From contig JAZAGZ010000006.1 of the NCBI GenBank assembly GCA_036231525.1, positions 18,187 through 42,186 of the forward strand: a DNA stretch of 24,000 nucleotides, written 5' to 3'. A program made the translations under genes and the position numbers. Positions 16,051 through 24,000 of this stretch are shown here, piece by piece (the first letter of the stretch is position 1; every line of letters begins with the position of its first letter). The notes beneath the pieces are model-generated. The model ran no database searches. It saw only the letters and a list, made by a program, of their open reading frames with translations, and was not told where the DNA came from. This stretch comes from Pseudomonadota bacterium (GTDB lineage: Bacteria; Pseudomonadota; Gammaproteobacteria; Steroidobacterales; Rariloculaceae).

Positions 16051-17502
16051 TCAAGGTCTCCAGAATGTGGGCGTAATCAATACCAGCAAAGTAAAGATTT
16101 CTAATCTGCCGAGCAGCATTCCGCAAACCGCGGACCATTTGCCCACGATGCCCACACCAGCAAATCCTGAAGCAACCTCACCTAAGCCGGGCCCTAGATT
16201 GTTCAATGTTGCGGCAACGGCGGCGAACGAAGAAACTTGATCCAAGCCGCTCGCCAACTGAATGACGAGCAGCACCACGAAAACCACTATATAAACCGTA
16301 AAAAACCCCCACACAGCTTCAACGACGCGATGATGAACAACTTTCGAGCCCACCTTCACCGGGATCTCGGCGCTAGGGTGAACTAATCTTTGGACCTCCC
16401 TAATTCCTTGTCTGTACATGAGCAACCAGCGGATGACTTTTATCCCCCCGGCGGTTGATCCTGCACAACCCCCAATGAAACTAGAAAGAATCAAAATAAC
16501 TGGGAGGGCTCCTGGCCAGACAGTGAAATCAGTGGTAGTAAAACCTGTCGTTGTGCCAATGGATACAACCTGGAATAGCCCCTTCGTAACCGTCTCTAAG
16601 AAAGTGGAATAGTGTCCGGTCCAGTAGAGATAAAGAAGGACCAAAAGCGTAAGCCAGACTAAAAACTTTAGGTAAGTGCGAAACTCCGGATCTAGCAAAT
16701 AGTGTCCCACTGATCTGTGGCGCCATGCCAAAAAATGTAGAGAAAAATTAACCCCTGCGATGAACATGAAGATAACAGCAAGCATATCGATTAACGGACT
16801 ATTGAAGTGCCCGATACTCGCGTCATAGGTTGAGAATCCCCCGATAGCTACCGTGCTAAAGGCATGGCAAATCGCATCAAAAATACTCATACCTGCTGCC
16901 CAGTAGGCAAATCCGCATGCAACAGTGATGCCAAGGTAAACGTACCAAAGAGCCTTCGCCGTTTCCGTGATGCGTGGAGTTAGCTTCGTATCCTTTACAG
17001 GGCCCGGGGTCTCCGCTCGATACAACTGCATACCTCCAACCCCGAGCATCGGTAGCACCGCAACTGCAAGAACGATGATCCCCAAACCCCCAAACCATTG
17101 AAGCTGTTGTCGGTAATACAGGATCGATTTAGGCAGCACGTCGAGACCAGACAAAACCGTAGCACCGGTGGTCGTGAGCCCTGATACCGACTCAAAAACC
17201 GCATCGGTGAGGCTCATCTGAGGATTGTCCACTAGCAGAAAAGGCGTAGCCCCAAACATCCCCAGCACAGCCCAGAAAAGTGCTACCACTAGGAAACCGT
17301 CTCGTAATCGTAACTCGCGCCTCTCACCGCGCACCGGCCACCATGTAACTATTCCGAATCCCAGAATAATTAAGAAAGATCCGGCAAAAGCCCGCCAGAC
17401 TCCATCAGCAAAGATGAGCGATACAACTATGGGGATCAGCATCGTAGCGCTGAACATGGTCAACAATAGACCAAGGACGCGTTGAACAGAGGCTCTTGTC
17501 AT
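16051..17502 (-). CDS. trkH: Trk-system potassium uptake protein TrkH
   Basis: 483 aa, multi-pass, with repeated pore-loop-like 'TTGFTT' / 'GLTTTGAT' / 'IGGFST' segments characteristic of TrkH/KtrB. Adjacent to trkA. Confidence 0.93.
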   Translation of the reverse strand: MTRASVQRVLGLLLTMFSATMLIPIVVSLIFADGVWRAFAGSFLIILGFGIVTWWPVRGERRELRLRDGFLVVALFWAVLGMFGATPFLLVDNPQMSLTDAVFESVSGLTTTGATVLSGLDVLPKSILYYRQQLQWFGGLGIIVLAVAVLPMLGVGGMQLYRAETPGPVKDTKLTPRITETAKALWYVYLGITVACGFAYWAAGMSIFDAICHAFSTVAIGGFSTYDASIGHFNSPLIDMLAVIFMFIAGVNFSLHFLAWRHRSVGHYLLDPEFRTYLKFLVWLTLLVLLYLYWTGHYSTFLETVTKGLFQVVSIGTTTGFTTTDFTVWPGALPVILILSSFIGGCAGSTAGGIKVIRWLLMYRQGIREVQRLVHPSAEIPVKVGSKVVHHRVVEAVWGFFTVYIVVFVVLLVIQLASGLDQVSSFAAVAATLNNLGPGLGEVASGFAGVGIVGKWSAVCGMLLGRLEIFTLLVLITPTFWRP

Positions 17503-17542
17503 AGGTAAAAAGAGTGAGTACTCGTACTCAAGAGAAGCTCAT

Positions 17543-18904
17543 TTAAATCTCGAATAATCGCTCGACTTCATCGATTTGCCGACGATCAGCCATAAATAGA
17601 ATAATGTGATCGTCTTCTTCTATCACTGTGTCGTGGTGAGCCATAAGCACATCATCCCCCCTAACGATCGCGCTGATGGTTGCGCCATTAGGCAAGTGGA
17701 CGTCTTCTATAGCTCTACCCACCACTCGTGACTTACTCTCATCCCCGTGTGCAACCGCTTCGATCGCTTCGGCAGCACCGTGCCTGAGCGCATGGACTTT
17801 AACAACATCTCCCTTCCGAACATGAGCGAGCAATGTGCCCAAGGTAATCTGTTGTGGAGATATTGCGATATCTACGGTTCCTGCCGCCACTAGCTCCTCA
17901 TAGGCTGATTTATTTATCAGCGCCATAACTTTATGAGCACCAAGGCGCTTTGCCAACATGGCAGAAAGAATGTTTCCCTCTTCCGCGTTGGTGACGGATA
18001 CAAACACGTCTGCGCTATCAATATTCTCTTCAAGTAGCAATTCCTCATCAGACGCATCGCCGTGAAACACAATAGCCTTATCGAGGCTCTCTGATACTGC
18101 TTCAACACGGTCGCGGCTGCGCTCAATAACCTTAACTTGAGTAGTATTCTCTAACGCCTTTGCAAGGCGAACGCCGATGTTTCCACCGCCCGCAATGACG
18201 ACACGTTTGACTGGTTCATCTAGCTTACGCATTTCGCTGAGTACAGATCGAATATCTTTACGCGCGACAACAAAAAAAACTTCATCATCTTCCTCTACGA
18301 CGGTATCCCCATCCGGGATGATCCCTTCTCCGTCCCGATAGATAGCTACAACACGACACTCCACGTTCGGGATGTGATCTGATAGCTCTCTGAGTGGGTG
18401 CCCAATCAATGCACCGCCCTCATGCGCCCGTGCAGCCACCAGTCTCACCCTACCTTCCGCGAACTCTAGGACCTGGAGAGCTCCGGGAAAGTGGATAAGC
18501 TCCTCAATATGTTCGGTTACTAACTCTTCCGGGCTTATAATGAAGTCGACCGGCAACCCTTCGCCTTTAAAAAATGTTTGATGCTCGGTGTATTCCGCCG
18601 CCCTGATTCTGGCAATTCTCCTTGGGGTTTGGAAAAGGGTGTACGCTACCTGACAGGCTACTATGTTGATCTCATCGCTATTCGTAAGCGCGATGATCAT
18701 ATCGGCATCTCCAGCACCCGCCCTTTCAAGCACTTCGGGGTGTGCCACGTGCCCTAGAACAGTGCGCACATCCAGACGATCCTGGAGCTCTCGCAACACC
18801 TCGGGGTCGCGATCAACAATAGTGACCTCATTGGCTTCTTCACGGGCTAAACTATAGGCAACCGTAGTGCCAACTTGTCCTGCACCCAAAATTAGAATAT
18901 TCAT
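17543..18904 (-). CDS. trkA: Trk-system potassium uptake protein TrkA (tandem RCK/NAD-binding domains)
   Basis: 'MNILILGAGQVGTTVAYSL' plus a second Rossmann motif 'VVIAGGGNIGVRLAKAL'. 453 aa, against 458 aa for E. coli TrkA. Confidence 0.95.
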   Translation of the reverse strand: MNILILGAGQVGTTVAYSLAREEANEVTIVDRDPEVLRELQDRLDVRTVLGHVAHPEVLERAGAGDADMIIALTNSDEINIVACQVAYTLFQTPRRIARIRAAEYTEHQTFFKGEGLPVDFIISPEELVTEHIEELIHFPGALQVLEFAEGRVRLVAARAHEGGALIGHPLRELSDHIPNVECRVVAIYRDGEGIIPDGDTVVEEDDEVFFVVARKDIRSVLSEMRKLDEPVKRVVIAGGGNIGVRLAKALENTTQVKVIERSRDRVEAVSESLDKAIVFHGDASDEELLLEENIDSADVFVSVTNAEEGNILSAMLAKRLGAHKVMALINKSAYEELVAAGTVDIAISPQQITLGTLLAHVRKGDVVKVHALRHGAAEAIEAVAHGDESKSRVVGRAIEDVHLPNGATISAIVRGDDVLMAHHDTVIEEDDHIILFMADRRQIDEVERLFEI

Positions 18905-18935
18905 GATGGGATGTCGCGCAAAATCGGCGCGTAGT

Positions 18936-21086
18936 TTACATCAGTTCTAGGTTTGCATACGCAATCACTAACCATTTTGTCCCAGCTTGCTCGAAATTAA
19001 CCTGAACGCGAGCATGAGATCCGCTTCCCTCACAGTTAAGTACGACTCCATCACCGAACTTGTGGTGCCGAACCCGCCGCCCGAGATCAATAGCTACAGT
19101 ATCTTCGAGAGCATTTTTAGGCCTGTAAATAGGGCGGGATACAGAAAGAGCAGGCCTCACTTCCTCAAGAAGCTCTTGGGGGATCTCGTCAATAAAGCGA
19201 GAAGGCAGCCCAAAATTCTCGGATCCGTACAGGCGTCTCCGCTCAGCATAAGTCAGAAAAACTCGCTTCTGCGCTCGGGTTAGCCCCACGTAGCATAGAC
19301 GCCGTTCTTCCTCTAGTCCGCCCACGTCGCTTATCGATCGCTGATGAGGAAACAAGCCATCTTCCAAACCACACAAAAAAACCAGCGGGAATTCTAAGCC
19401 TTTTGCCGAATGGAGAGTCATCAGTTGAACACCATCCTCATCGGCCTCAGCTTGTCCTTCTCCTGATTCCAGCACTGCGTAAGAGAGAAATTCTGCCAGA
19501 GGAGGTAACTCAGAATCATCATCACGAATAAGCCCAAGCGCAGCGCTCACAAGCTCCTTAAGATTCTCAATTCGAGCTTCTCCGCTCATCTGCCCATCAC
19601 GGCCATGATGCGCAATCAGTCCACTCGCCTCTGTAACGTATCGAACTTGGTCGTGTAGAGGCATTTCCCCGGTGTCAGCGTCCAAACCATTCACCAGCTG
19701 CAGAAACTTCGAGAGCGCTTGGCTCGAGCGCTTTGGCAGTTCGTTGTCACTGATGATTGCAATAGCTGCACGCCACAGGCTCGAATCTTGTCGTACCGCG
19801 TGTGCTCGTACCGCCTCTATTGTCCTAGCCCCAACACCGCGAGAAGGTTTGTTAACGACGCGTTCGAATGAGGGATCATCATCTCGATTTGCGATGAGCC
19901 TCAAATAAGCTAGTGCATCTTTGATCTCGGCGCGTTCAAAAAACCTCAAGCCTCCGTAAACACGGTACGGAATTCCAGCCGCAAGAAGAGTCTCTTCAAA
20001 AACCCTGGACTGAGCATTGGATCGATAGAGTACCGCGATCTCACTTCGTTTGTATCCCTGCCCAAAGTAATCCTCAATACGGTTGATGACGAACTCTGCT
20101 TCATCTCGCTCATTAAAAGCGGTATACAGCATGATAGGCTCACCAGGATCTCCCTCAGTCCAAAGTTTTTTTCCTAATCGAGAACTATTGTTTTTAATAA
20201 TAGCGTTTGCGGCATTTAGGATATTGGCAGTTGAACGATAATTTTGCTCCAGTTTTACAATATGAGTTCCTTTGAAATCCTTCTCAAAAAGATGAAGATT
20301 CTCAACTCGCGCACCACGCCAACGATAAATAGATTGATCGTCATCCCCCACGACAAAGGGAGTCCCCTCAGTGCCCGCCACTAGCTTTAGCCATTGATAC
20401 TGAATCGTGTTGGTGTCCTGAAACTCATCCACTAGCAGGTGATGAAATCGCGCACGATACTGTTCGAGAACGTCAGGCTTTTTCTTGAACAATTCTAGCG
20501 CGCGCAACAAAAGCTCACCGAAATCAACAACAGATGAATCTGCGCACATTTTCTCGTAATGCTTATAGCATTCGATCATCTGGCCACGCTTTAGGTCCCC
20601 ATCATCATTAACCCGGTCCGGTCGGAGCCCCTCATCTTTTTGAGCGTTTATAAACCACTGTATTTCCCGGGGTATCCACTCATTTTCATCTAGTTCCAGC
20701 CTCTTTAGTAGGCGACGAATCATACGTAGTTGATCCTCCGAATCCATTATCTGAAACCCTTCTGCCAGATCTGCCTCGTGCCAGTGGATTCTCAGCAAAC
20801 GGTGAGCCAAACCGTGAAATGTGCCGATCCAAAAGTGTCTCGTAGGAACCCCCAGAAGGGCTTCTATTCTTTGGCGCATTTCCGAGGCTGCTTTATTCGT
20901 GAACGTAACCGCAAGAAGCTGTTGCGGTGAAAGCCCCTCAACGCAAATAAGCCACGCAATACGATGTACGAGCACCCGGGTCTTGCCGCTGCCGGCTCCA
21001 GCAAGCACTAGTGTGGGACGCTTCGGAGCGGTTACCGCTTCTCTCTGCGCATCATTCAGTGGATCGACGATCGTGGTGACGTCCAT
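18936..21086 (-). CDS. uvrD: DNA helicase II (UvrD), SF1A
   Basis: All SF1 motifs are present: 'AGAGSGKT', 'LLVDEFQDTN', 'VGDDDQSIYRWRGA', 'LEQNYRST', 'TLHSAKGLEFPLVFL' and 'EERRLCYVGLTRA'. UvrD-type C-terminal 'HHKFGDGVVL' domain. 716 aa. Confidence 0.92.
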   Translation of the reverse strand: MDVTTIVDPLNDAQREAVTAPKRPTLVLAGAGSGKTRVLVHRIAWLICVEGLSPQQLLAVTFTNKAASEMRQRIEALLGVPTRHFWIGTFHGLAHRLLRIHWHEADLAEGFQIMDSEDQLRMIRRLLKRLELDENEWIPREIQWFINAQKDEGLRPDRVNDDGDLKRGQMIECYKHYEKMCADSSVVDFGELLLRALELFKKKPDVLEQYRARFHHLLVDEFQDTNTIQYQWLKLVAGTEGTPFVVGDDDQSIYRWRGARVENLHLFEKDFKGTHIVKLEQNYRSTANILNAANAIIKNNSSRLGKKLWTEGDPGEPIMLYTAFNERDEAEFVINRIEDYFGQGYKRSEIAVLYRSNAQSRVFEETLLAAGIPYRVYGGLRFFERAEIKDALAYLRLIANRDDDPSFERVVNKPSRGVGARTIEAVRAHAVRQDSSLWRAAIAIISDNELPKRSSQALSKFLQLVNGLDADTGEMPLHDQVRYVTEASGLIAHHGRDGQMSGEARIENLKELVSAALGLIRDDDSELPPLAEFLSYAVLESGEGQAEADEDGVQLMTLHSAKGLEFPLVFLCGLEDGLFPHQRSISDVGGLEEERRLCYVGLTRAQKRVFLTYAERRRLYGSENFGLPSRFIDEIPQELLEEVRPALSVSRPIYRPKNALEDTVAIDLGRRVRHHKFGDGVVLNCEGSGSHARVQVNFEQAGTKWLVIAYANLELM

Positions 21087-21117
21087 GATGTAAGAAGGCC
21101 CTCTTGAGCCGGAAGAA

Positions 21118-22032
21118 CTACTCAGGCCAAAAAGTAGGAATATAGTGATCAGCTAACAAGAAGGTAAAGAGCGCTATCAGATAACTGATTGAATATGCAA
21201 AGGTCTTCATGGCAATGTTTTCAGCCCTGCCGTACTTCAACCGAATTGCATAGTAGAGAAATCCTGCACCGAGAAGCAGCGCACCGAAAAAATAAAGAAC
21301 TCCAGCCGCACCCGTCAGATAAGGGAGCAATGAGACAAGAAGCAGGAGAATCGTATAGTACAAAACGAAAGATTTTGTAACCTCCAAACCATGGGTAACC
21401 GGTAGCATTGGCACACCAGCTTTTGCATAGTCATCTCTACGCGCTACCGCCAGCGCCCAGAAATGCGGTGGCGTCCAGGTAAATATAATCAGGAAAAGTA
21501 GTAATGCGTATCCTGTGACGTCATTAGTTACAGCTGTCCAACCCAAAACTGGGGGCGAGGCTCCCGCGGCCCCACCAATAACAATGTTTTGAGGCGTCGC
21601 TCGCTTCAGGTACACGGTATAAACCACCGCATATCCGATGAGCGATAGAAAAGTCAGCATCGCCGTTAATAGATTCACCAACAGTGCCAGTATTGTTATC
21701 CCCACAAAGCCTAGGCATATCGCAAAGGTCAGGGCATCTTTTTCGTTAATCCGCCCTGTGGGTAAGGGTCGATCGCGCGTCCGCACCATCTCCGCATCCA
21801 GACGCTGATCTAGAATGTGGTTGACTGCGGCTCCAGATGCTGCCGAAAATCCGATGCCCAAACTGCCAAACAAGAGAATGTCCCAGGGCACCATGCCAGG
21901 CGCCGCGAGAAACATCCCTACGATCGCAGTAAAAACCAATAACTGCACCACCCTAGGTTTCGTGAGAGAGTAGTAGTCTCGCCAGCGGGCGATTACGGGC
22001 TCATTTATTGTGTCGAATTCTTTGGTAAGCAT
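21118..22032 (-). CDS. ctaB: Protohaem IX farnesyltransferase (haem O synthase)
   Basis: 'WRDYYSLTKPRVVQLLVFTAIVGMFLA' and the UbiA-family 'NHILDQRLDAEMVRTRDRPLP' motif. 304 aa. Overlaps the ctaA 3' end by 32 nt. Confidence 0.93.
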   Translation of the reverse strand: MLTKEFDTINEPVIARWRDYYSLTKPRVVQLLVFTAIVGMFLAAPGMVPWDILLFGSLGIGFSAASGAAVNHILDQRLDAEMVRTRDRPLPTGRINEKDALTFAICLGFVGITILALLVNLLTAMLTFLSLIGYAVVYTVYLKRATPQNIVIGGAAGASPPVLGWTAVTNDVTGYALLLFLIIFTWTPPHFWALAVARRDDYAKAGVPMLPVTHGLEVTKSFVLYYTILLLLVSLLPYLTGAAGVLYFFGALLLGAGFLYYAIRLKYGRAENIAMKTFAYSISYLIALFTFLLADHYIPTFWPE

Positions 22033-22987
22033 TTAAAACTGTCAGTAATAACAAGGCTGCCACCCCATTGTGGGCAACCGCAATAACTAGTGGAGCGCTG
22101 TAAAGCACAATACTCACACCTATAATCAGCTGTAACATGAGCGTCACGAGCAATACGACTCCATCCAGCCTGAATTGAATTCTCCTCGCCATCAGCCATC
22201 CTAGGAAACCTAAGATGGCTGTAGTCAAAATGGCGCCAAGTCTATGTGCGAAATGAATCGAGACGCGGGCTGGATTGTCTAGTACACCGCCTTCGTAGTC
22301 TACGCCCAGACCCCTCCAAATTACGAATCCCTCCTGGAAATCTGCCGTCGGCGGCCACCAACGCGTCTGACAAGTTGGAAAATCCGGGCAGGCCAGCGCA
22401 GCATAGTTGGCGCTCGTCCAACCACCCAGGGAAATCTGTAGCGTCAACACAATCACGGCGATGGGAGCCAGTAGTTTTAACAATGGTGCGGGTGTAATGC
22501 TCAATAAATCTTCACGGTGCCACTCGCCAAGCCAGAACAAAAGCCCCAATGTTGTCAGCCCCCCCAACAAATGAGCCACGACGATAACGGGCTTCAAAAG
22601 CAATGTTACCGTCCACATCCCTAGAAGCCCCTGCAAAACCACTACACCGAAAAGCACGGCAGGCATTCTCCTGGGCTGAGCCGGATCAGCCCTATTCAAC
22701 CAGGCCAGTCCTGCCAGGAGCATGCATATCAACCCAAGTCCAGTCGCAAGGTAGCGATGGATCATCTCGCGCCACGCCTTTCCGACGTCTAGAGGTCGTT
22801 CAGGAAAGGCTGTGGCCGCGTCAGTCTGTTCAGACGCACTTCCGGGAACAACCAACTGCCCGTAGCAACCTGGCCAGTCAGGGCAACCGAGTCCTGCGTC
22901 CGTCAGCCGAACCCAGGCACCAACTATCACGACTAAGAAGGCGAGAAAAAGGCCAACACGTGCTAACCGAAGAAAATAGGTTTTCAA
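22001..22987 (-). CDS. ctaA: Haem A synthase (CtaA/COX15 family)
   Basis: 'VRLTDAGLGCPDWPGCYG' and a second Cys-pair loop 'LACPDFPTCQ'. Eight hydrophobic helices with conserved His. The start codon appears to be TTG. Confidence 0.9.
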   Translation of the reverse strand: MKTYFLRLARVGLFLAFLVVIVGAWVRLTDAGLGCPDWPGCYGQLVVPGSASEQTDAATAFPERPLDVGKAWREMIHRYLATGLGLICMLLAGLAWLNRADPAQPRRMPAVLFGVVVLQGLLGMWTVTLLLKPVIVVAHLLGGLTTLGLLFWLGEWHREDLLSITPAPLLKLLAPIAVIVLTLQISLGGWTSANYAALACPDFPTCQTRWWPPTADFQEGFVIWRGLGVDYEGGVLDNPARVSIHFAHRLGAILTTAILGFLGWLMARRIQFRLDGVVLLVTLMLQLIIGVSIVLYSAPLVIAVAHNGVAALLLLTVLNAYQRIRHNK

Positions 22988-23076
22988 GTCAACCGACCTT
23001 AGAATTTATTCGAGGTGCTTTCTCACGGTGGGAACGGCTACGCTGCCGTGAGGAAAATTGTAACAGAACTAACCCG

Positions 23077-23994
23077 TTACCTGACCCCATTCGCATCCGC
23101 CTCACCATCACCACGACGCAAACTTCGAGTCAACTCGTCAACGGACACTTGCACAACGCTATCACCCGTCACAGCTGAGCGGGTCATTCCCCAGGCTTGA
23201 CCAAATATCAATTCCACACTAATCGAAAGCGTTCCTCTACTCCGGTAGGCTTCCAGCCTCTCGCAGAAAGCGCGCCAACGGCGAGGACCAGTGAGCTGAG
23301 CCCGTCTTCCAAAGGCTACATTCGTAGCTCCGCATGCCCTTAGGTCAGACACGAGCTGCTCAAATTTTCCATAATCCACCTGCAGGCGATCTATATCCAT
23401 TACGGGCTCTATTAAACCTGCTCTGGCCGCCAAATCACCTAGGTCATGCATATCAACGAAACCGTGAACATGCACCTTCTCGTCCACGGCGGCCCAAGCC
23501 TTGCGCACCTCTTGTAGAGTATCCGGTCCGACGGTTGTAAAGAGAGCTAGACCACCATCGGAAAGAACTCTCGAGACTTCACCAAGCACAGCCTGGGGAT
23601 CGCACCAAGGTAGTAGGAGGTTTGCAAAAACCAAATCAATACTATTTTCTAGGAACGGAAGTTGCTCTGCGTTACCTATCACAGTGTGCGTTAAATTAAG
23701 ATCTACGCAGCGTTTTTGCGTTTGTGCAGCCATTGGATGTGATAATTCGGCCGCTATGATCTGTGCTTCTGGATAGAGTGCTGCAAGTTCAGTAGTACCC
23801 TTACCAGTTGCCGAGCCAAGATCGAGTACACACCGGGGAGCTAACCTGAAAAATTTTAACCTCTCCAACATCCGGTCCCGCGCCTCCGTGTGCACGGTAT
23901 CCGAATCATCAAAGGTGGTGCTAGCTTTTGCTAGGCGTTTTAGTGCAGCACACCTCTCTGGAAAACCAATTCTTAGGGCTGGATTGTTAGTCAT
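23077..23994 (-). CDS. BioC-like class I SAM-dependent methyltransferase (possible malonyl-ACP O-methyltransferase)
   Basis: SAM motif I 'VLDLGSATGKGT'. 'DLVFANLLLPWC' compares with E. coli BioC 'DLAWSNLAVQWC'. 'LFTTVGPDTLQEVRKAWAAVDEKVHVHGF' compares with BioC '[29 protein letters not shown]'. 305 aa, so longer than E. coli BioC at both ends. Confidence 0.65.
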   Translation of the reverse strand: MTNNPALRIGFPERCAALKRLAKASTTFDDSDTVHTEARDRMLERLKFFRLAPRCVLDLGSATGKGTTELAALYPEAQIIAAELSHPMAAQTQKRCVDLNLTHTVIGNAEQLPFLENSIDLVFANLLLPWCDPQAVLGEVSRVLSDGGLALFTTVGPDTLQEVRKAWAAVDEKVHVHGFVDMHDLGDLAARAGLIEPVMDIDRLQVDYGKFEQLVSDLRACGATNVAFGRRAQLTGPRRWRAFCERLEAYRSRGTLSISVELIFGQAWGMTRSAVTGDSVVQVSVDELTRSLRRGDGEADANGVR

Positions 23995-24000
23995 GGATTG

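Noticed and set aside
18936-21086. UvrD-like helicase as part of a defence system (for example a Gabija/GajB-like or other SF1-helicase defence module)
   Set aside because: It is a full-length canonical UvrD with the housekeeping C-terminal domain. There is no adjacent nuclease, ATPase or other partner gene, and the flanking genes are core metabolism.
23022-23052. Inverted repeat CTCACGG...CCGTGAG downstream of the BioC-like gene, as a terminator
   Set aside because: It has a 7-bp stem but a 17-nt loop and no trailing U-tract. I mention it under the BioC-like finding only.
22603-23178. 191-aa plus-strand ORF spanning ctaA antisense, the intergenic gap and the BioC-like 3' end
   Set aside because: Its Arg/Ser/Pro/Gln-rich low-complexity translation is typical of an antisense frame. 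It crosses two well-supported genes and has no ribosome-binding site.
1-24000. Window-wide look for CRISPR repeats, IS or transposon ends, integrases, tRNA/rRNA genes and long direct repeats
   Set aside because: I could not see by eye any regularly spaced repeats, transposase or integrase-like ORFs, or tRNA-like intergenic sequences. Intergenic space is minimal except at 7567-7930. A computational repeat or tRNA scan would be needed to exclude short elements formally.

Overview
The window reads as a densely packed, conserved chromosomal segment from a Gram-negative bacterium, probably a marine-type gammaproteobacterium (a guess from protein similarity and roughly balanced GC). I support 25 protein-coding genes and found no rRNA, tRNA, CRISPR array, IS element, transposase, integrase, phage gene or recognisable defence system. 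Left block: a 5'-truncated dsbA (+), then a long minus-strand run of dtd, tatA, tatB, tatC, a POT peptide transporter, an OPT peptide transporter and a class-I aminotransferase. Centre (+ strand): an AT-rich 364-bp control region, azurin, a haem-copper oxidase operon of the coxMNOP kind (CuA subunit II fused to a c4-like dihaem domain, subunit I, two subunit-III paralogues, a subunit-IV-family protein) and one unassigned small membrane protein. Right block (minus strand): a BioC-like methyltransferase, ctaA, ctaB/cyoE, uvrD, trkA, trkH, a small TPR-like protein, dctQ and dctM. I see no convincing evidence of a wholly new system. Three parts are worth a second look. (1) The cupredoxin + dihaem-c + oxidase operon, with variant residues in subunit I and extra small membrane proteins. 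(2) Its AT-rich upstream region, which carries five copies of a CCACTTT-type motif plus an 18-bp palindrome next to the azurin ribosome-binding site. (3) A tightly coupled trkH / TPR / dctQ / dctM unit with no TRAP substrate-binding protein gene. All functional calls rest on remembered family motifs, not on database searches.
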